A DNA stretch of 64,000 bases from an uncultured Gemmataceae bacterium (GTDB lineage: Bacteria; Planctomycetota; Planctomycetia; Gemmatales; Gemmataceae). Below the pieces are notes generated by a model. That model had not been told where the DNA came from. It saw only the letters and a list, made by a program, of their open reading frames with translations, and did not search any database. Numbering within the stretch: position 1 is the stretch's first letter; each line of letters begins with the position of its first letter. The position numbers and the translations under genes were made by a program. The stretch is taken from NCBI GenBank assembly GCA_963750165.1, contig CAVVPN010000012.1:1088001-1152000 (forward strand), given 5' to 3'. Of this stretch, positions 41,302 through 51,340 are shown piece by piece.

Positions 41302-44300
41302 TTACTTTAGTTCCCACACCTCGATTTTCTTACCCAAACTGCCCGCGATCAGCCGCTTGCCGTCCGCCGACAAGACCAGGCTGCTGACCGCGCCCGTGTG
41401 GCCGCGCAGGGTGATGATTTCCTTGCCCGTCTTCGGGTCCCACACCTTGATGGTGCCGTCGCTGCCACCCGAGAACAGACGCTTGCCGTCCGCCGACAAC
41501 ATCAGGCAAGTGACCCCGCGCGTGTGGCCGGGCAGGGTCAGGGCTTCCTTGCCCGCCTTCGGGTTCCACGCCTTGATGGTGCCGTCGCCGCCGCCCGAGA
41601 ACAGGCGCTTGCCGTCCGCCGACAACAGCAGGCTGCTGACCCCGCCCGTATGGCCGGGCAGGGTCCGGACTTCCTTGTCCGCCTCCACGTCCCACACCTT
41701 GATGCTGCCGTCGCTGCCGCCCGAGAACAGGCGCTTGCCGTCCGCCGACAACGCCAGACAAGGGCCCTTGTGGTGGCGCCAGGTCAGGACTTTCGTGCCC
41801 GTCGGCAGGTCCCACACCTTGATGGTCCCAAAGTGGTCGCCCGAGGCCAGGCGCTTGCCGTCCGCCGACAACGCCAGGCGCAAAACCCTGCCCTTGTGGC
41901 CGCGCAGGGTCTGGATTTTCTTGTCCGCCTCCAGGTCCCACACATGGATGATAAAGTCGCTGTGGCCCGAGACCAGGCGCTTGCCGTCCGCCGACAACGC
42001 CAGGCTAAAGACCGAGCTATTGCCATAGTCCAGGTTAAACGTCTTCATGCCGGTCTTGCCCCCCAGGGGCTCACCGTCCTCCGTCGTCTCATAGACCCCG
42101 GCCGCGCTCATGGGGCCGCGCAGGGTCATGGTTTCCCTGCCCGTCTCCAGATCCCACACCTCGATGGTGCTGCTAGTCCATTCGCCCGAGAACAGGCGCT
42201 TGCCGTCCGCCGACAACGCCAGGCTTTTGGCGCTCCCGCCCGTGTGGCCGCGGAGGGTCCGGGCTTCCTTGCCCGCCTCCAGGTCCCACACCTTGATGGT
42301 GCCGTCGTGACCGCCCGAGACCAGGCGCTTGCCGTCCGCCGTCAACGCCAGGCCGCTGACCTCATTCGTGTGGCCGCGGAGGGTCAAGGCTTCCTGGCCC
42401 GCCTCTAGGTCCCACACCTTGATGCTGCCGTCACTCACCAGGCCACCGCCCGAGAACAGGCGCTTGCCGTCCGCCGACAACGCCAGGCTGCCGACCCCGC
42501 CGTTGCCGCCGTTTTTGCTCTTGTGGCCGGGCAGGGTCAGGGTTGCCTGGCCCGTCTCCAGGTCCCACACCTCGATGGCGCCGCCGTGGCTGCTACCAGA
42601 GAACAGGCGCTTGCCGTCCGCCGACAACACCAGACTGGTAACCTCGGTCCTTTGGTGCAGGGTCTGGACCACCTTCCTCGCCTCCAGGTCCCACACCTTG
42701 ATGCTGGGGAGGCCGCCCGCGTACAGGCGCTTGCCGTCTGGCGAAAACGCCAGGCTTGCGATTAAACCGCGCAGGATCAGGACTACCTTCCCGGTCTCCA
42801 GGTCCCACACCTTGTTGCTTTTGCCGTCGTCGCTGGTGCAAGCCGAGGCCAGCCGCTTGCCGTCCGCCGACACCGCCAGGCAATTGCGCTTGCCCGTGCG
42901 ACAGGGCAGGGTCAGGACTTCCTTGCCCGCCTCCAGGTCCCACACCTTGATGGTATTATCCCAGCTGTTCGAGAACAGGCGCTTGCCGTCCGCCGACAAT
43001 GCCAGGCAAGTAACCGGTTCCGTGTGGCCGCGCAGGGTGACGACTTCCTTGCCCGCTTCCAGGTCCCATACATCGATGATGCCGTCGCCGAAGCCGCCAC
43101 CCGCGTATAGCCGCTTACCGTCCGCCGATACCGCCATGCTGTCGATCGGGCCCTTGTATTCGCGCAGGGTCTTGTTTTCCTTGCCCGCCTCCAGATCCCA
43201 CTCCTTGACGGTGCCGCCACTGTCCGCGACCAGGCGCTTGCCGTCCGCCGACAACACCAGGCTGCGGACACCGTACTTGTGGCCGGGCAGGGTCTTGTTT
43301 TCCTTGCCCGCCTCCAGATCCCACACCTTGATGGTCTTGTCCTGACCGCCCGCGACCAGGCGCTTGCCGTCCGCCGACAACGCCAGGCTGCGGACACCGC
43401 GCGTTTCACCAGGCAGGGTCAGGGTCACCTTGCCCGTCTTCCGGTCCCACACCTCGATGGTGCCGTCGCCGCCGCCCGCGACCAGGCGCTTGCCATCCGC
43501 CGACAACGCCAGGCAAGTGACCCCGCCCTTTTTGCCGGGCAGGAACAGGACTTCCTTGCCCGCCTCCAGGTCCCACACCTTGATGCCATCGTCGCCGCCC
43601 GAGAACAGGCGCTTGCCGTCCGGCGACAACGCCAGGCAATGGACCTTGCTCTTGTGGCCGGGCAAGGTGAGGACCTCCTTGCCAGCGTTCAGATCCCACA
43701 CCATGATGCTGCCGTCGCCGAGGGCGCCGCCCGAGAACAGGCGCCTGCCGTCTGCCGACACCGCCACGCAGCGGACCTGGCCCTTGTACTCGCGCAGGGA
43801 GAGGATGACCTGGCCCGCCTCCAGGTCCCACACCTCGATGGCGCCGCCGCTGAGGCCGCCGCCCGCGACCAGACGCCTGCCGTCCGCCGACACCGCCAGG
43901 CAATTGACCCCGCGCGTGTCGCCGCTCAGGATCCGGACTTCCTTGCCCGCCTCCAGATCCCACACTTCAATGGTGCTGTCCCAGCAGCCCGCGAACAGGC
44001 GCTTGCCGTCCGCCGACATCGCCAGGCAATTGACCATGCGCGTGTTACCACGCAGGGTCCGGGCTTCCTTGCCCCCCTCCAGATCCCAAATCTTGATGGT
44101 GCCGTCGCCGCCGCCCGCGAACAGGCGCTTGCCGTCCGCCGACGCCGCCAGGCAAGTGCCTGTGTGGCCGGTCAGGGTGAGGGCTTCCTTGGCCGCCACC
44201 AGGTCCCATACCTTGATGGTATTGCCAAAGCGGTTTGAACTGCCTGAGAACAGGCGCTTGCCGTCCGCCGACATCGCCAGGCTCAAGACCGCGCCCTTGT

Positions 44301-46509
44301 GGCCGGGCAGGGTCCGGGCTACCGTGCCCGCCTCCACGTCCCACACCTTGATGCTGTCGTCGCTGATGCCGCCGCCGCCACCCGAGAACAGGCGCTTGCC
44401 GTCCGCCGACAACACCAGGCTGTTGACCGCGCCCGCGTGGCCGGGCAGGGTCCGGGCTTCCTGGCCCGACTTCAGGTCCCACACCTTGATGGTCTTGTTC
44501 TTGTTGCCCGAGAACAGGCGCTTGCCGTCCGCCGACAACGCCAGGCAGTTGACCTCGTCCTTGCGGCCGGGCAGGGTCAGGGCGACCTTGCCCGCCTCCA
44601 GGTCCCACACCTTGATGGGGACGGCGACACCGCCCCCGCTCGAAACCAGGCGCTTGCCGTCCGCCGACAACGCCAGGCATTTGACAATGCGCTTGTCGCC
44701 GGGCAGTGTCAGGGTCTCCTTGCCGGCCTCCAGATCCCACACCTTGATGGTGCTGTTAAAGCCACCGCCGCCCGAGACCAGGCGCTTACCGTCCGCCGAC
44801 AACGCCAGGCAGTGGACCCCGCCCACATGGCCGGGCAGGGTCAGGGCTTCCTGACCCACCCCCAGGTCCCACACCTTGATGGTGCCGTCCTGGCTGCCCG
44901 AGAACAGGCGCTTGCCGTCCGCCGACAACGCCAGGCATTTGACAATGCTCGCGTGCCCGGACAAGGTTTGTGTTTTTCTGTCCAGTTGGTTGACGAGGTA
45001 GCCGTATTCCGGCCCGCGCAAATCCCAGCGCGTCTTGTCCAGGGCCAGGCGGCAACCGACGACGTCAAATTTCTGGAGGCAGTCGTGGGCTTGAGTAAGG
45101 TGGCCGATGTTCAGGAGGCTTTCGGTGCGCAGCAGTTGTTTGGCCAGTTTCTTTTCGGCGGCCTCGGCCTGTTGGCGGCGCTGTTCGGCGTTCGCGCGGG
45201 CGTTCGCTTCCTTGGTGGTAAGTTTCTTTTGCTCCAGGAGCAGGTTTTGCTCTTTCTCGGCCAGGTTCTCCGCCTTGAGGCGTTGCTCCCGCTCCTGACC
45301 CCGCGAGTCGTTGACCAGGAAGAAGGCGACCATGAAGGTGACCAGTGCCACGAGCAGACCGAGCAGGGCGGTGATGCCGGTCGCGGCCACGCCGGGTTTG
45401 CGGCGGCACCACCGCCACAGCCGCTCCACCGACCCCACCGGCCGGGCCAGAATCGGCTCCTCGGCCAGGTAGCGCCCCACATCCGCGGCCAGCGCCTTGG
45501 CGGTGAAGTAGCGCCGGGCCGGGTCCTTGTGCAGGCACTTCAGGCAGATCGTCTCCAGGTCGCGCGGCGTCGTGCTTTGCAACTGCCGCGGCGGCACCGG
45601 CTCATCCTGGATCACCTGCCGGAGCGTGTCAAACGTCTTCGCCGCCTTGAACGGCGGCCGGCCCGTCAGGCACTCGTACAGGATCGCCCCCAGCGCGTAC
45701 ACGTCCGCCGCCCGGCCGACGTTCTTGCTCTTGCCCGCCGCCTGCTCCGGGGCCATGTAACTCGGCGTGCCCAGGATCGCCCCGGTCTGCGTCTGCCGCG
45801 ACCTCTCCCCCGCCTGCTTGGCCAGGCCGAAGTCCGTGATTTTCGGCTCCCCCGCCGCGGTCAGGAGGATGTTGGCCGGCTTCAGGTCGCGGTGGATGAT
45901 CCCGGCCTCGTGGGCCGCGTGGACCGCCCGCGCCAGCTTCCTGACCAGCTTGGCCGCTGGCCGCGGTTGCTGCGGGGTACCGTTGAGCTGCTGTTCGAGA
46001 TTGCCGCCCTCCGCGAACTCCAGCGTGAAGTAGGGCCGGCCCTGGTGTTCGCCGACCTCATAAATGCGCACGATGTTCGGGTGGTCCAGGCTGGCAATCG
46101 TCTCGGCGTCGTTGCGGAAGCGCGCTACGGTCGCCGGGTCGGAGTATTCGGCCGCCAGCAGCATTTTGAGGGCGACCGTGCGGTTGGGTTTGTGCTGCCG
46201 CGCCTTGTAGACGACGCCCTGCGCCCCCCGGCCCAGCTCAGCCAGCAGGTCGTAACCCGGCACCGGCGTCGCCGCCGAGTTCGCGGCCAGCGTGGCCTCC
46301 GGGGAGCCGGCGTGGTCGATGGTCTGTTGCGGGGCGATGGGGGCGATGGCGTGTTCCAGGAAGTCCGCTGATGCATCATCGTGAGCTTGAAGCAGTGTCT
46401 CCACCTGGCGGCGCAGCCTGGGGTTGCCCCGGCAGGCTTTATCGAGATAGGCGGCGCGCTCGGCGGGCGGCAACTTGACGGCGGCGGCGAAGATAACGCT
46501 CTCGGTCAT
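41302..46509 (-). CDS. Ser/Thr protein kinase with TM helix, coiled coil and 28 WD40 repeats
   Basis: GRGAQGVV, ALK, HRDLKPAN, DFGLA, GTPSYMAPE; 28 counted DG(K/R)RL...W repeats. Confidence 0.95.
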   Translation of the reverse strand: MTESVIFAAAVKLPPAERAAYLDKACRGNPRLRRQVETLLQAHDDASADFLEHAIAPIAPQQTIDHAGSPEATLAANSAATPVPGYDLLAELGRGAQGVVYKARQHKPNRTVALKMLLAAEYSDPATVARFRNDAETIASLDHPNIVRIYEVGEHQGRPYFTLEFAEGGNLEQQLNGTPQQPRPAAKLVRKLARAVHAAHEAGIIHRDLKPANILLTAAGEPKITDFGLAKQAGERSRQTQTGAILGTPSYMAPEQAAGKSKNVGRAADVYALGAILYECLTGRPPFKAAKTFDTLRQVIQDEPVPPRQLQSTTPRDLETICLKCLHKDPARRYFTAKALAADVGRYLAEEPILARPVGSVERLWRWCRRKPGVAATGITALLGLLVALVTFMVAFFLVNDSRGQEREQRLKAENLAEKEQNLLLEQKKLTTKEANARANAEQRRQQAEAAEKKLAKQLLRTESLLNIGHLTQAHDCLQKFDVVGCRLALDKTRWDLRGPEYGYLVNQLDRKTQTLSGHASIVKCLALSADGKRLFSGSQDGTIKVWDLGVGQEALTLPGHVGGVHCLALSADGKRLVSGGGGFNSTIKVWDLEAGKETLTLPGDKRIVKCLALSADGKRLVSSGGGVAVPIKVWDLEAGKVALTLPGRKDEVNCLALSADGKRLFSGNKNKTIKVWDLKSGQEARTLPGHAGAVNSLVLSADGKRLFSGGGGGISDDSIKVWDVEAGTVARTLPGHKGAVLSLAMSADGKRLFSGSSNRFGNTIKVWDLVAAKEALTLTGHTGTCLAASADGKRLFAGGGDGTIKIWDLEGGKEARTLRGNTRMVNCLAMSADGKRLFAGCWDSTIEVWDLEAGKEVRILSGDTRGVNCLAVSADGRRLVAGGGLSGGAIEVWDLEAGQVILSLREYKGQVRCVAVSADGRRLFSGGALGDGSIMVWDLNAGKEVLTLPGHKSKVHCLALSPDGKRLFSGGDDGIKVWDLEAGKEVLFLPGKKGGVTCLALSADGKRLVAGGGDGTIEVWDRKTGKVTLTLPGETRGVRSLALSADGKRLVAGGQDKTIKVWDLEAGKENKTLPGHKYGVRSLVLSADGKRLVADSGGTVKEWDLEAGKENKTLREYKGPIDSMAVSADGKRLYAGGGFGDGIIDVWDLEAGKEVVTLRGHTEPVTCLALSADGKRLFSNSWDNTIKVWDLEAGKEVLTLPCRTGKRNCLAVSADGKRLASACTSDDGKSNKVWDLETGKVVLILRGLIASLAFSPDGKRLYAGGLPSIKVWDLEARKVVQTLHQRTEVTSLVLSADGKRLFSGSSHGGAIEVWDLETGQATLTLPGHKSKNGGNGGVGSLALSADGKRLFSGGGLVSDGSIKVWDLEAGQEALTLRGHTNEVSGLALTADGKRLVSGGHDGTIKVWDLEAGKEARTLRGHTGGSAKSLALSADGKRLFSGEWTSSTIEVWDLETGRETMTLRGPMSAAGVYETTEDGEPLGGKTGMKTFNLDYGNSSVFSLALSADGKRLVSGHSDFIIHVWDLEADKKIQTLRGHKGRVLRLALSADGKRLASGDHFGTIKVWDLPTGTKVLTWRHHKGPCLALSADGKRLFSGGSDGSIKVWDVEADKEVRTLPGHTGGVSSLLLSADGKRLFSGGGDGTIKAWNPKAGKEALTLPGHTRGVTCLMLSADGKRLFSGGSDGTIKVWDPKTGKEIITLRGHTGAVSSLVLSADGKRLIAGSLGKKIEVWELK

Positions 46510-46608
46510 GGCGACACTCCCACGCAAGGACGAGGGCCCGGTTTGGTGGCCTTCTACTTCTTCATGCGACGGTCAGGCCCCCGACCCCCGGAACTTTTTC
46601 AAATTTTT

Positions 46609-47187
46609 TTACGAATCCGCCCCTTCGCCGCGTGACATCTCGCGCCGCAGCCATGCCTTCGCGAACGTCCAGTCATCCTCGGCCGTCGATGCCGAGACGC
46701 CCAGCAGCGCGGCCGCCTCGGGCAGCGTGAGGCCGGCGAAGTAGCGCAACTTGACGAGTTCCGCCTTGCGCGGCGCCCGGGCCGCCAGCCGGTCCAGCGC
46801 CTCGTGCAGGGCCAGGACATCGACGGCATCCGCGGCGGCCGGTGCGGCGAGTTCCAGGCCGTCCAAGTCGTGGCGCTCCAGGGCGCCACCGTGCTTGAGG
46901 CGATTCTTGTGGCGGGCGTGCTCGACGAGGATGCGGCGCATGGCCTCCGCGGCGGCGGCGAAGAAGTGGCCGCGGCTGTTGAAGTGCTGGGCCTGCTTCA
47001 CGCCCACCAGGCGCAGGTACGCCTCGTGAACCAGTGCCGTGGGCTGCAGGGTCTGGCCGGGCTTCTCCTGGGCCAACTTGTGCGCCGCCAGCCGGCGCAG
47101 CTCGTTGTAGACGAGCGGGAGGAGTTGGTCGGCGTCGTGCAAGTCGCCGTTCTCGATGGCCGACAGGATGCGGGTGACGTCGTTCAT
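46609..47187 (-). CDS. ECF sigma factor (TIGR02999-type, kinase-associated)
   Basis: LLPLVYNELRRLA...TLQPTALVHEAYLRL; LRYFAGLT; directly upstream of the kinase. Confidence 0.93.
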   Translation of the reverse strand: MNDVTRILSAIENGDLHDADQLLPLVYNELRRLAAHKLAQEKPGQTLQPTALVHEAYLRLVGVKQAQHFNSRGHFFAAAAEAMRRILVEHARHKNRLKHGGALERHDLDGLELAAPAAADAVDVLALHEALDRLAARAPRKAELVKLRYFAGLTLPEAAALLGVSASTAEDDWTFAKAWLRREMSRGEGADS

Positions 47188-47411
47188 CGACCGGGGCCCT
47201 CCGGCTTCCACGGGGCATCCGTGCTATGCTATTCGCCGCACGGCCATGAATCAAAGGCTTTACATCTTGCAAAGGCTCGATCGATAGCACAACAAGGTTG
47301 CGCACGCCGGTCCTGACCACCGCTGCGCGCAGCCGGACTGCTCAACCTGCGTCGGGCCGACACGCCGGAGCACCGACCGTTCAGCGCGTCGGCCGATGTG
47401 TCGAAGCAGAT

Positions 47412-47696
47412 TAGAGTGGTTCCCAGTTGTGTGGACCACGAACGGCAGGCCGGCGCTGCCAGGCGGCGAATCTCGACGTATGAAAAAGTTGGCGTTCTTG
47501 GCGTCCTTGGCGTTCTTGCTGTGGCAACCGCCGCCGCTGGTGGTCGCGCCGTGCCAGCCGTGCGGGGCAAGGGCGCCAATTCTCGACGTATGAAAAAGTT
47601 GGCCCCCTTGGCCCCCTTGCTGTGGCAGTGCAGGCCGCTGGTGGTCAGCCTGTGCCCGCCGCCCACTCGTGTGCAAACCGTGCGTGAACCGCTCCA
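47412..47696. mobile_element. TAGAG(C/T)GGTT-family element carrying a 110-bp tandem repeat
   Basis: Left end tagagtggttcccagttgtgtggaccac, right end gtgcaaaccgtgcgtgaaccgctcca; tctcgacgtatgaaaaagttggc at 47471 and 47581. Confidence 0.75.
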
Positions 47697-48246
47697 GTCA
47701 CTGTCCAACGATTATTTCCGCAATGAGCATATAGAATAACCTTGGCCCTTTGGAGCTTGCCCGAAGGGAGGTGAAGGTCCGATGGCCAAGAAAAAGCGTC
47801 TGAGCAAGAGGAAACCTTGACAGCGCGTCCACGCTTGTGACTGTCCCAGGTGCCGCCAGTATCCCAAAGGCCGAGTGGCACGAGAGCACCGTGCTCTCAA
47901 CCGTCTCATCGCTGCTTCGGACGAACGCGCGCGCCGTCTTCTGGCTGGCTTCCTCGCCCGCCAGCACGGCTGTGGCGGCATCAGCTTGTTGGCACGCATC
48001 ACTGGGCCGGAGAGCCCTTGGTCAACTATGAGACGCTGTTGAAATACATCCGCACGGCGCGGACGGAGAAGCGGTTTCGTTGCCGTGCCTGCCTGGATCG
48101 GAAGGACTACCCGGCCAACCAGCGCGTGGCACCGCAGGACAAGGCCCGGGTCCGGCTCAAGCCCAGCCGAGTGCTGCCCAAGTGGAACTACACGATCTGG
48201 CCTCATCGTCCTCGCCCATTGCGGAAATAATCGTTGGACAGTGACT
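47696..48246 (+). mobile_element. Internally deleted ISAzo13-family element
   Basis: ~30-bp IRs agtcactgtccaacgattatttccgcaatg; N-terminal DERARRL..GGISLLARITG joined to C-terminal WAGEPL..YET...WNYTI. Confidence 0.85.
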
Positions 48247-48387
48247 TGGCGGCGCACCTGCCGTCATCGAGCAACCGCAGTGCATCGCTTCCCGCCCGCT
48301 GAACCCCAAGGACGAGGACGACCGGGTGCGCCTGGCGCTGGGGCTCACCAGCGACGATTCACTTCCGGAGGTCAATGAAGACACAAG

Positions 48388-48726
48388 GTGAAGGACAACA
48401 CGTTCATTTACTCCGAGACAAACGAAAGCTGCACGGTGCAGGAAGCGCTGGTTCATTTCTTCGGCCTCCCCATTGAGGTCATCGCCCAGCCCGCGCTCTG
48501 GTATTCGTACCACCGGACGCCCCGCATCGTGGAGTGCGGCAAGGACCGGACACGGGTGCTGGTCCGGTTCTCGGCCGTGAGCCTGTCGGGATCATTCGGT
48601 GGCACCTGCCTGTATGCGCTGCGAGACGGTTCCTGGGGAGCATACCCGATCAGGCCGAGCGCGAGCAGTAGCATCGCCACAGCGGAAGCCTGGCTCGTGA
48701 AACGGAAGTGGAAAGCGTGGTGTTGA
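48388..48726 (+). CDS. Hypothetical protein
   Basis: 112-aa ORF with plausible composition. Confidence 0.55.
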   Translation: MKDNTFIYSETNESCTVQEALVHFFGLPIEVIAQPALWYSYHRTPRIVECGKDRTRVLVRFSAVSLSGSFGGTCLYALRDGSWGAYPIRPSASSSIATAEAWLVKRKWKAWC

Positions 48727-48949
48727 ATGGGAATTATCAGCAAGAAACTGGCGTCCCGGTTCCGCAAGGCCAAGAAGCAAGTTGGCGACCTGCGCCGACA
48801 AGTTGCAGCGGAATTCGCCCAGGTTCCCAAGGACGTGAAGCCCGTCCAGGCGTTAGATCAGGCGCTCCCTGAGCCGCCAGGGGTGGCATACTCGGACAAG
48901 CTCCTAGAAAAAATCCACAAGTTCGCGGTCCCCTCGGCCGATCATGGAG

Positions 48950-49911
48950 ATGATTTACTCTCCCCTGCGTCCCTGTCCGGAGATTCGACGTATGTATCGG
49001 CGCCGGCGCACCGCCTGGCTGAACGAGTGGCTCGCCGGCCTGACCGCGGCGTCGGGCGTCGGTTACCTGGCCACGGCGTACACCCTCTCACGCTGGCTGA
49101 CGCGCCGCAGCCGTAGTCAACCGCGCCTGCCGGCCGACCTGTGCGATCTCCATCTGGAGCACCTCGAATGTCGTACCGCTGACGGCCTGCGTCTGCTCGG
49201 CTGGTCGGTGGCGCCGCTGCGGCCGGCTGCGACCGTGGCGCTGTTCCATGGCCTGCGCGCAGCCGTCAGCAGACGCTGAAGCGCTGCGACTTCCTGACGC
49301 GGGCGGGCTACCGTTGCGTCCTCTTCGACCACCGCGCCCACGGCCAGAGTCAGGGCCGCTTCACCAGTTTCGGCTACTACGAGGCTGCGGACGTGGTGGC
49401 CGTGCGCGACCTCATCCAGCGCCGCTGGCCCGATCAACCGTGCGCCGCCCTGGGCGTCTCGATGGGCGCCGCGGCGTTGTGTTTCGCGGCCCGGCGCGTT
49501 CTGCCGTTCGCCGCGGTCATCCTGGAGAGCCTGTACCACGACCTGGCCGCCGCGTTCGACAACCGCATCGGCTCGAAGCTGCCGGCGTGGGTCCGCCGCT
49601 TCCGGCGCGGCGTCGTCTGGGTGACCGAGCGCCGTCTGCGGCTGCGCCTGGAGCAGATCGCGCCGGTCGAGCATGTCGCCCGACTGCTGCCGGCGCCGCT
49701 GCTGTTGCTGACCGGCACCGACGATCCGCACGCACCGCCGGAGGACGCCCACCGCCTGCTTGCCCGTTGCCAGAGCGCCGGCGAACTGGCGCTGATCCCC
49801 GGGGCCAACCACGACAACGTTCCCGAAGTGGGCGGCGAGTGCTACCCGCAACTCGTGCTCGACTTCCTGCGCCGCCGGCTGCCCCTGACCCTGACCGCCG
49901 CCGCATACTGA
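48950..49911 (+). CDS. Alpha/beta hydrolase, frameshift near 49258
   Basis: TADGLRLLGW...FHG / FDHRAHGQSQG, GVSMG, D, H triad across two frames. Confidence 0.8.
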
Positions 49912-50067
49912 TCTTTTTTGCAGGCTGGCGAGCGGGTATGCCGGGCGGCGACTTCGCCTTGCTTTATCGCTGCCGTTGGTTAGGATGGCCGCCCGCCATA
50001 CTCAATCGGCCTTCCCCTGCGCCGATTGCCAGCGCAACCCATGCTCCACATTTCCCAGGACCAACCC

Positions 50068-50904
50068 ATGAGGTCACGGATGATTTCTCAGTGGTTGCTC
50101 GGCGTGTCCCTGGTCGCGGTGATCGCCGCGCAAGAACCATCCGCCGGAACTCGGGACCGATCAGACCCGCGCACCCCACCGCAACTGGAGACGGCCCTTT
50201 ACGAGCGCTTCAAGCAGCCCGGTTGGTTCCAGCACCCCGATGTGCCCTGGGTCTTCAAGGCGCAGCGCGTGGAGGGGGAGCAGCTCCAAGATGTCTGGAT
50301 CGGTCGCCGCACCGCACAGGGCAAAGGGTACGACTTCCTCGGTCGCGCCCATCTGGCCAAGCTCGGGGTGGATTCGTCCAGCGGACAGCTTTACGTCCGT
50401 CTCACGGAGCTTTATTATTGCACGGCCGCGGGTGACTTCGGTTGGGTGGCGGAAAAGGTTTGGTGCATCGACCTGCCGACGGAGCCCGCGTATTTGCTGA
50501 AACCGCTGGTGAGCTTGCCCCAGCAGGAAACCCCATTGCTGTCACCCGCGGCAGACCGATTCCTTGCCGGCGCCTGGAAACTGCTCAGCGTGGAGGAAAA
50601 ACTGCAACGGGCCTTTGGCGAAAACTGCCCGGAATTGCAGCGCGCTTACCGACTGGAAAATCGCCTGCGCAGGCTGCTTCTGGCATTCGAGTCGTTCAGC
50701 GTGGAAGCCGATGGGCGGTTGAAAGCGACCGCCTGCAGCCTGGCCCGCTTCAGCGCTGAACTCACCCCCACCGCGGTCACCGTGCGCAGTCCCGTTGCGT
50801 ACATTACCTACGACCAGCCCGTCTCCAGTTTGAACGACCTGGCCAACCGTCAGGTGCTTACCATCGAATGTGCCAACGGTGTGCGCATCAACCTCGACCA
50901 GTGA
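50068..50904 (+). CDS. Secreted hypothetical protein
   Basis: Signal-like N-terminus; start uncertain. Confidence 0.6.
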   Translation: MRSRMISQWLLGVSLVAVIAAQEPSAGTRDRSDPRTPPQLETALYERFKQPGWFQHPDVPWVFKAQRVEGEQLQDVWIGRRTAQGKGYDFLGRAHLAKLGVDSSSGQLYVRLTELYYCTAAGDFGWVAEKVWCIDLPTEPAYLLKPLVSLPQQETPLLSPAADRFLAGAWKLLSVEEKLQRAFGENCPELQRAYRLENRLRRLLLAFESFSVEADGRLKATACSLARFSAELTPTAVTVRSPVAYITYDQPVSSLNDLANRQVLTIECANGVRINLDQ

Positions 50905-51208
50905 AACCGCACAGTTTACCGTGGTGCGTCAGCGCCAGCAGCCCCTGGATGTGCCGGCAGTAGCCGTGCCGAAGGAAGCCCAGACACTCACATTCGCAGT
51001 CCGCCGCGGCGCCGACGCGGACGTGGTAGAGCGTGCCGAGGCCCAGGCGATGCACCACGAAGCCGCGGCCGCCGATGGCGCAGGCGATCTCGCGGAAGGT
51101 GTAGTACACGGTCGAGTTCGCGTCGCGCACGCAGAAGACGCCAACACCGTCGTCGGCCGGCGCGTACACCAGGCGAATCCACCGCGACGGGGAGGTTGCA
51201 TCGGACAT
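50888..51208 (-). CDS. SWIM zinc-finger protein
   Basis: YHV...CECLGFLRHGYCRH. Confidence 0.8.
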   Translation of the reverse strand: MSDATSPSRWIRLVYAPADDGVGVFCVRDANSTVYYTFREIACAIGGRGFVVHRLGLGTLYHVRVGAAADCECECLGFLRHGYCRHIQGLLALTHHGKLCGFTGRG

Positions 51209-51217
51209 GATGTCTTC

Positions 51218-51331
51218 CTCCCCTCGCCCCCTGAAGGGGGCGAGGGGTTGGGGGTGAGGGGTGAACTTCCCGTCTCTGGAACCTGTCCCCCTCACCCCCG
51301 ACCCCTCTCCCCCTTCAGGGGGCGAGGGGAG
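51218..51331. repeat. REP-like inverted doublet (CCCCTC..CCC..GGG.GAGGGG class)
   Basis: ctcccctcgccccctgaagggggcgaggggttgggggtgagggg and its reverse complement. Confidence 0.85.
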
Positions 51332-51340
51332 TAGATGGGT

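Noticed and set aside
41302..44965. Regular DNA repeats resembling a CRISPR array
   Set aside because: They are in-frame WD40 coding repeats; no cas genes or repeat-spacer structure
48292..48387. Fragment PLNPKDEDDRVRLALGLTSDDSLPEVNEDT of a possible calcium-binding-type protein
   Set aside because: Too short to assign without a search
48889..48907. Possible IS5-like terminal repeat (cggacaagctcctag)
   Set aside because: Single short end with no partner or transposase
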